A stretch of DNA of 47,503 nt from Candidatus Kapaibacterium sp. (GTDB lineage: Bacteria; Bacteroidota; Ignavibacteria; Kapaibacteriales; UBA2268), in the NCBI GenBank assembly GCA_026390675.1, contig JAPLFM010000220.1, forward strand, positions 8,527-56,029, read 5' to 3'. A model generated the notes under the pieces. That model made no database searches. It was given only the letters and a program-made list of their open reading frames with translations, and was not told the origin of the DNA. The position numbers and the translations under genes were made by a program. Positions 44,576 to 47,503 of the stretch are shown piece by piece; positions within the stretch are counted from its first letter, which is position 1; each line of letters starts with the position of its first letter.

Positions 44576-45397
44576 TTATGCTTCTTGGTTTAATTCAGTA
44601 CTCGATTCATAATCATATTCATCTTCTAGATTATCTTCGGTGTTATGTAACAAACTGTTTTTATAATGAAAAAGTTCCCATTCACCATTATTGTATTCTA
44701 ATGCTGTTAGATTTTCTATCCAATCACCAGAATTGAGATAGGTAAGTATTTCGCCGTTTACTTTTTTGTATTTTTTTATACAAGGTTGGTGAATGTGACC
44801 ACATACGACATAGTCATAATCCTTTTCTAAAGCAATTGTTACAGCGGTATATTCAAAGTCATCTATAAATTGAATAGCTCTTTTCACACTATTTTTAATT
44901 CTATGTGACAATGAGATCTTTGGTTGCCCAATCCTATTTAGAAAATTATTAATTACACTATTAATTATTATTAGTAAATCATACCCGATCGCACCAAGTT
45001 TGGCTAACCACTTACTATGTCGCATAGTAATATCAAAAACATCTCCATGAAAAAACCAAGCTTTCTTTCCATTTATCTCAAGAGTTAATTTGTTTCTTAG
45101 TTCAAAATCACCCATTTTAAAATCAACAAATCTTCTTAGAATTTCATCATGATTTCCTGTTAAATAATATACTTTTGTACCTTTGCCTATCATTTTGATA
45201 AATTTTTGTAGAACTTTTGTATGAGTATCTGGCCAATATCGTTTTGAAAATTGCCAAATGTCAATTATATCTCCATTTAAAATTAAGATTTTAGTAGAAA
45301 TAGACTTTAAATAATTATTTAATTCAATTGCCTGGCAACCGAATGTACCAAGATGTATATCAGAAAGGACAACTATTTCTAATTTTCTTTTTTTCAT
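44576..45397 (-). CDS. Calcineurin-like metallophosphoesterase of the LpxH/PlcP family (COG2908-like)
   Basis: The motifs are LSDIHLG, NGDIID, GNHDE, FHGDVFD and CGHIHQP. I cannot decide between LpxH and a PlcP-type phospholipase C from sequence alone. Confidence 0.8.
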   Translation of the reverse strand: MKKRKLEIVVLSDIHLGTFGCQAIELNNYLKSISTKILILNGDIIDIWQFSKRYWPDTHTKVLQKFIKMIGKGTKVYYLTGNHDEILRRFVDFKMGDFELRNKLTLEINGKKAWFFHGDVFDITMRHSKWLAKLGAIGYDLLIIINSVINNFLNRIGQPKISLSHRIKNSVKRAIQFIDDFEYTAVTIALEKDYDYVVCGHIHQPCIKKYKKVNGEILTYLNSGDWIENLTALEYNNGEWELFHYKNSLLHNTEDNLEDEYDYESSTELNQEA

Positions 45398-45453
45398 AAT
45401 ATTTCATTATAAATTGATTAAATTGTTCAAAGATTTTAAAGTAATATACAAGT

Positions 45454-46068
45454 TTAATTAACTTTTTTAGTACCAACAAAACAAAAATATTCCCATATAC
45501 CAAAGTAAGCTTCACTTATTTCAGAATTTCCAATTTCAAAATTCTCTCTTAATTTACGAAGAATTTGTCCTTCCATTTTAACATGATTCAATTCCATGTA
45601 TTTTTTATATAAAGTTAAATTAGATTTATGAAAATCAACAACTGCTATTTTGCCACCATCATTTAACAAATTAAAGGCATTATCAATAAATATATCATAA
45701 CCGGGATTTATCATTGTTAAGCAATATGAAAATAAAATCAAATCAAATTTGCCATCGAATAGTGTCTCTGTGAAGGGTCTATTTATTAATGTAATGTTAT
45801 TATAATTTATTGTTTTTTGTTGAGCTTTATGAATCATGTCAATTGATATGTCAACACCAATTATTAAAGAATTAATATTGTTTTTTGAAAGTAATATTAA
45901 ATTATGTCCTGTACCACATCCTACTTCTAGAATTTTTGAATTATTTGGCAGATTATTTACTAAATTTATTATTTTATTCCTACCAAATAAAAAAGACCAT
46001 CTTGTTAAATCATAGATTAGAGAATGGAACTTATAATAATTATTTATACGATTTTCTTGTAGATTCAT
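45454..46068 (-). CDS. Class I SAM-dependent methyltransferase (BtaB-like by size and context)
   Basis: It has SAM motif I (ILEVGCGTGHN) and post-I (IGVDIS). It is 204 aa long and is transcribed divergently from the DUF3419/BtaA-like gene. Confidence 0.75.
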   Translation of the reverse strand: MNLQENRINNYYKFHSLIYDLTRWSFLFGRNKIINLVNNLPNNSKILEVGCGTGHNLILLSKNNINSLIIGVDISIDMIHKAQQKTINYNNITLINRPFTETLFDGKFDLILFSYCLTMINPGYDIFIDNAFNLLNDGGKIAVVDFHKSNLTLYKKYMELNHVKMEGQILRKLRENFEIGNSEISEAYFGIWEYFCFVGTKKVN

Positions 46069-46259
46069 ATTTTTTTGTTTTATTTGTTTTGCAAAATTAT
46101 TGAAAGAAAGTTAACTTTATGTTAATTCTATAAATTAAATTTAAATTGTTTAAAATATAATATTTTTTTTATATCTTAACTAAACATTCATATAAAATTC
46201 ATTTTAAACTAATATTAAAATATTAATTTTATTACTTTAAAAATTTATAAAAATAAATA

Positions 46260-47423
46260 ATGATAACCAAATTAAAAAATATATTTAATGACAAATTATT
46301 TAACTCTATTCATTCCAATAATTTGGTTTATAATACATGTTGGGAAGACCCAAGAATAGATAGAAAGTTGTTAAATTTAAATTCTAAAAGTAGTGTTGTT
46401 ATGATTACATCTGCCGGATGTAATGCTTTAGATTACCTATTAGATAATCCAAAAGAGATTAATGCGGTAGACATTAATCAAAGACAAAATTCACTTTTAA
46501 ATCTTAAAAAAGCTTGTTTTCTTGCTGATGATTATGTTCTACTCTTTAAATTATTTGGAGAAGGTAGAATAAATGACCCACATACAATTTTAAAGAAGCA
46601 ATTGAAAGAATATTTAACCAAAGAAGATTATAAATATTGGAATGAAAAAATAAAGTATTTCAAAAGCGACAAGGTTAATAATAGTTTCTATTATAGAGGC
46701 ACTTCAGGAAAGTTTGCAAAAGTATTTAATCAATATTTGAATTCTAAACCAAAATTAAGAGAGTTAGTAGAAGATTTATTTGAAAGTGATAATTTAAATA
46801 AACAAACAAAAGCTTTTAAAAAAATAAATCATATTTTTGATAATGTAATTTTAGAATGGTTGCTCAAAAGACATATAACACTAGCATTATTAGGTATTCC
46901 AACAAACCAATACAAACTAATTATTAAAGATTTTCCACTAGGACTAATGCAATATTTGAAAGAAAAGTTTAATCATTTGTTTACTGAGTTACCAATCAAA
47001 GATAATTATTTTTGGAGAGTTTATTTATATGGGGCTTATTCACAAAGTTGCAAACCCAATTATCTCTCAGAAGATAATTTTAATTTTTTAAAATCCAATA
47101 TGTCAAAAATTAGTACTCATACTAATACTATTGCTGGATTTCTGGAAGAGAATTCTAATAAATATTCACATTTTGTCTTACTTGATCATCAAGATTGGTT
47201 AGCAATAAATCGACCTGATGAATTAATTAGAGAATGGGAATTAATTCTAAAAAACAGTAGTAAGGGGACAAAAATATTATTGAGATCAGCTTCATTTAAT
47301 CGTGGATTTTTACCAAACTTTATATTAGACAAAATAGAATTTCTAGATGATGAAGTTGATAAACATCATCCAAATGATAGGGTTGGAACTTATGGTAGTA
47401 CGCATTTAGCAATTGTAAAGTAA
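46260..47423 (+). CDS. DUF3419 / BtaA-like protein (S-adenosylmethionine:diacylglycerol 3-amino-3-carboxypropyl transferase family)
   Basis: The N-terminal block LVYNTCWEDPRIDRKLLNL...VVMITSAGCNALDYLLDNPKEINAVDINQRQNSLLNLK matches my recollection of the BtaA/DUF3419 signature. Confidence 0.65.
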   Translation: MITKLKNIFNDKLFNSIHSNNLVYNTCWEDPRIDRKLLNLNSKSSVVMITSAGCNALDYLLDNPKEINAVDINQRQNSLLNLKKACFLADDYVLLFKLFGEGRINDPHTILKKQLKEYLTKEDYKYWNEKIKYFKSDKVNNSFYYRGTSGKFAKVFNQYLNSKPKLRELVEDLFESDNLNKQTKAFKKINHIFDNVILEWLLKRHITLALLGIPTNQYKLIIKDFPLGLMQYLKEKFNHLFTELPIKDNYFWRVYLYGAYSQSCKPNYLSEDNFNFLKSNMSKISTHTNTIAGFLEENSNKYSHFVLLDHQDWLAINRPDELIREWELILKNSSKGTKILLRSASFNRGFLPNFILDKIEFLDDEVDKHHPNDRVGTYGSTHLAIVK

Positions 47424-47425
47424 AT

Positions 47426-47503
47426 TTATATTTCCGTTGAAGGTAGTTTTATATAAAATGTACTACCTTCTCCGAAAGTACTCTCAGCCCAAATCTCTCC
47501 ATA
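47426..47503 (-). CDS. Partial CDS: C-terminal end of a histidine kinase (HATPase_c G2 box)
   Basis: The minus strand reads YGEIWAESTFGEGSTFYIKLPSTEI*, with the stop at 47426-47428, 2 nt from the btaA-like stop. Confidence 0.6.
   Translation of the reverse strand, partial: YGEIWAESTFGEGSTFYIKLPSTEI

Noticed and set aside
44576-45397. Annotating the metallophosphoesterase outright as lpxH.
   Set aside because: The motif set is generic to the LpxH/PlcP superfamily, GNHD is retained, and the neighbours are lipid-remodelling-type genes. I therefore left the gene symbol empty and raised the alternative as a finding.

Overview
This is a visibly AT-rich chromosomal segment (GC not computed). I found no rRNA genes, CRISPR arrays, transposases or integrases. 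The gene content points to a flagellated member of the FCB superphylum, possibly Ignavibacteria-like; this is inference only. The supporting features are fliH-fliI-fliJ, a large secreted protein with BNR propellers, BACON repeats and a T9SS C-terminal sorting domain, an ileS / DksA-like / lspA / rluD block, TAnnTTTG -7 boxes upstream of several genes, and almost no Shine-Dalgarno sequences. Housekeeping genes are murE, a Cys/Met PLP enzyme, plsC, tRNA-Phe, ileS, lspA, rluD, pth and infC. Four accessory blocks stand out. (1) 4.0-8.0 kb: a tightly packed DNA methyltransferase / AIPR abortive-infection / TdeIII-like restriction endonuclease operon sits between fliJ and murE, and the endonuclease is frameshifted. 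(2) 18.5-29.7 kb, next to tRNA-Phe: a sensory module contains a multi-PAS hybrid histidine kinase, a methyl-accepting chemotaxis protein (MCP) with a periplasmic CxxCH haem-c sensor domain, a small histidine kinase, and a divergent GAF-type sigma-54 enhancer-binding protein (EBP). The hybrid kinase and the EBP both carry frameshifts, including an 11-nt insertion just after the EBP Walker A motif. (3) 42.6-47.4 kb: a candidate phosphorus-free membrane-lipid cluster combines an OlsF-like fused acyltransferase, a PlcP/LpxH-like metallophosphoesterase, a BtaB-like methyltransferase and a divergent BtaA-like DUF3419 protein. (4) The 569-nt ileS / BNR-protein intergenic region carries perfect palindromes and a TTGGAAAA half-site array. 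All family assignments come from motifs read by eye and from memory of the families, not from database searches.
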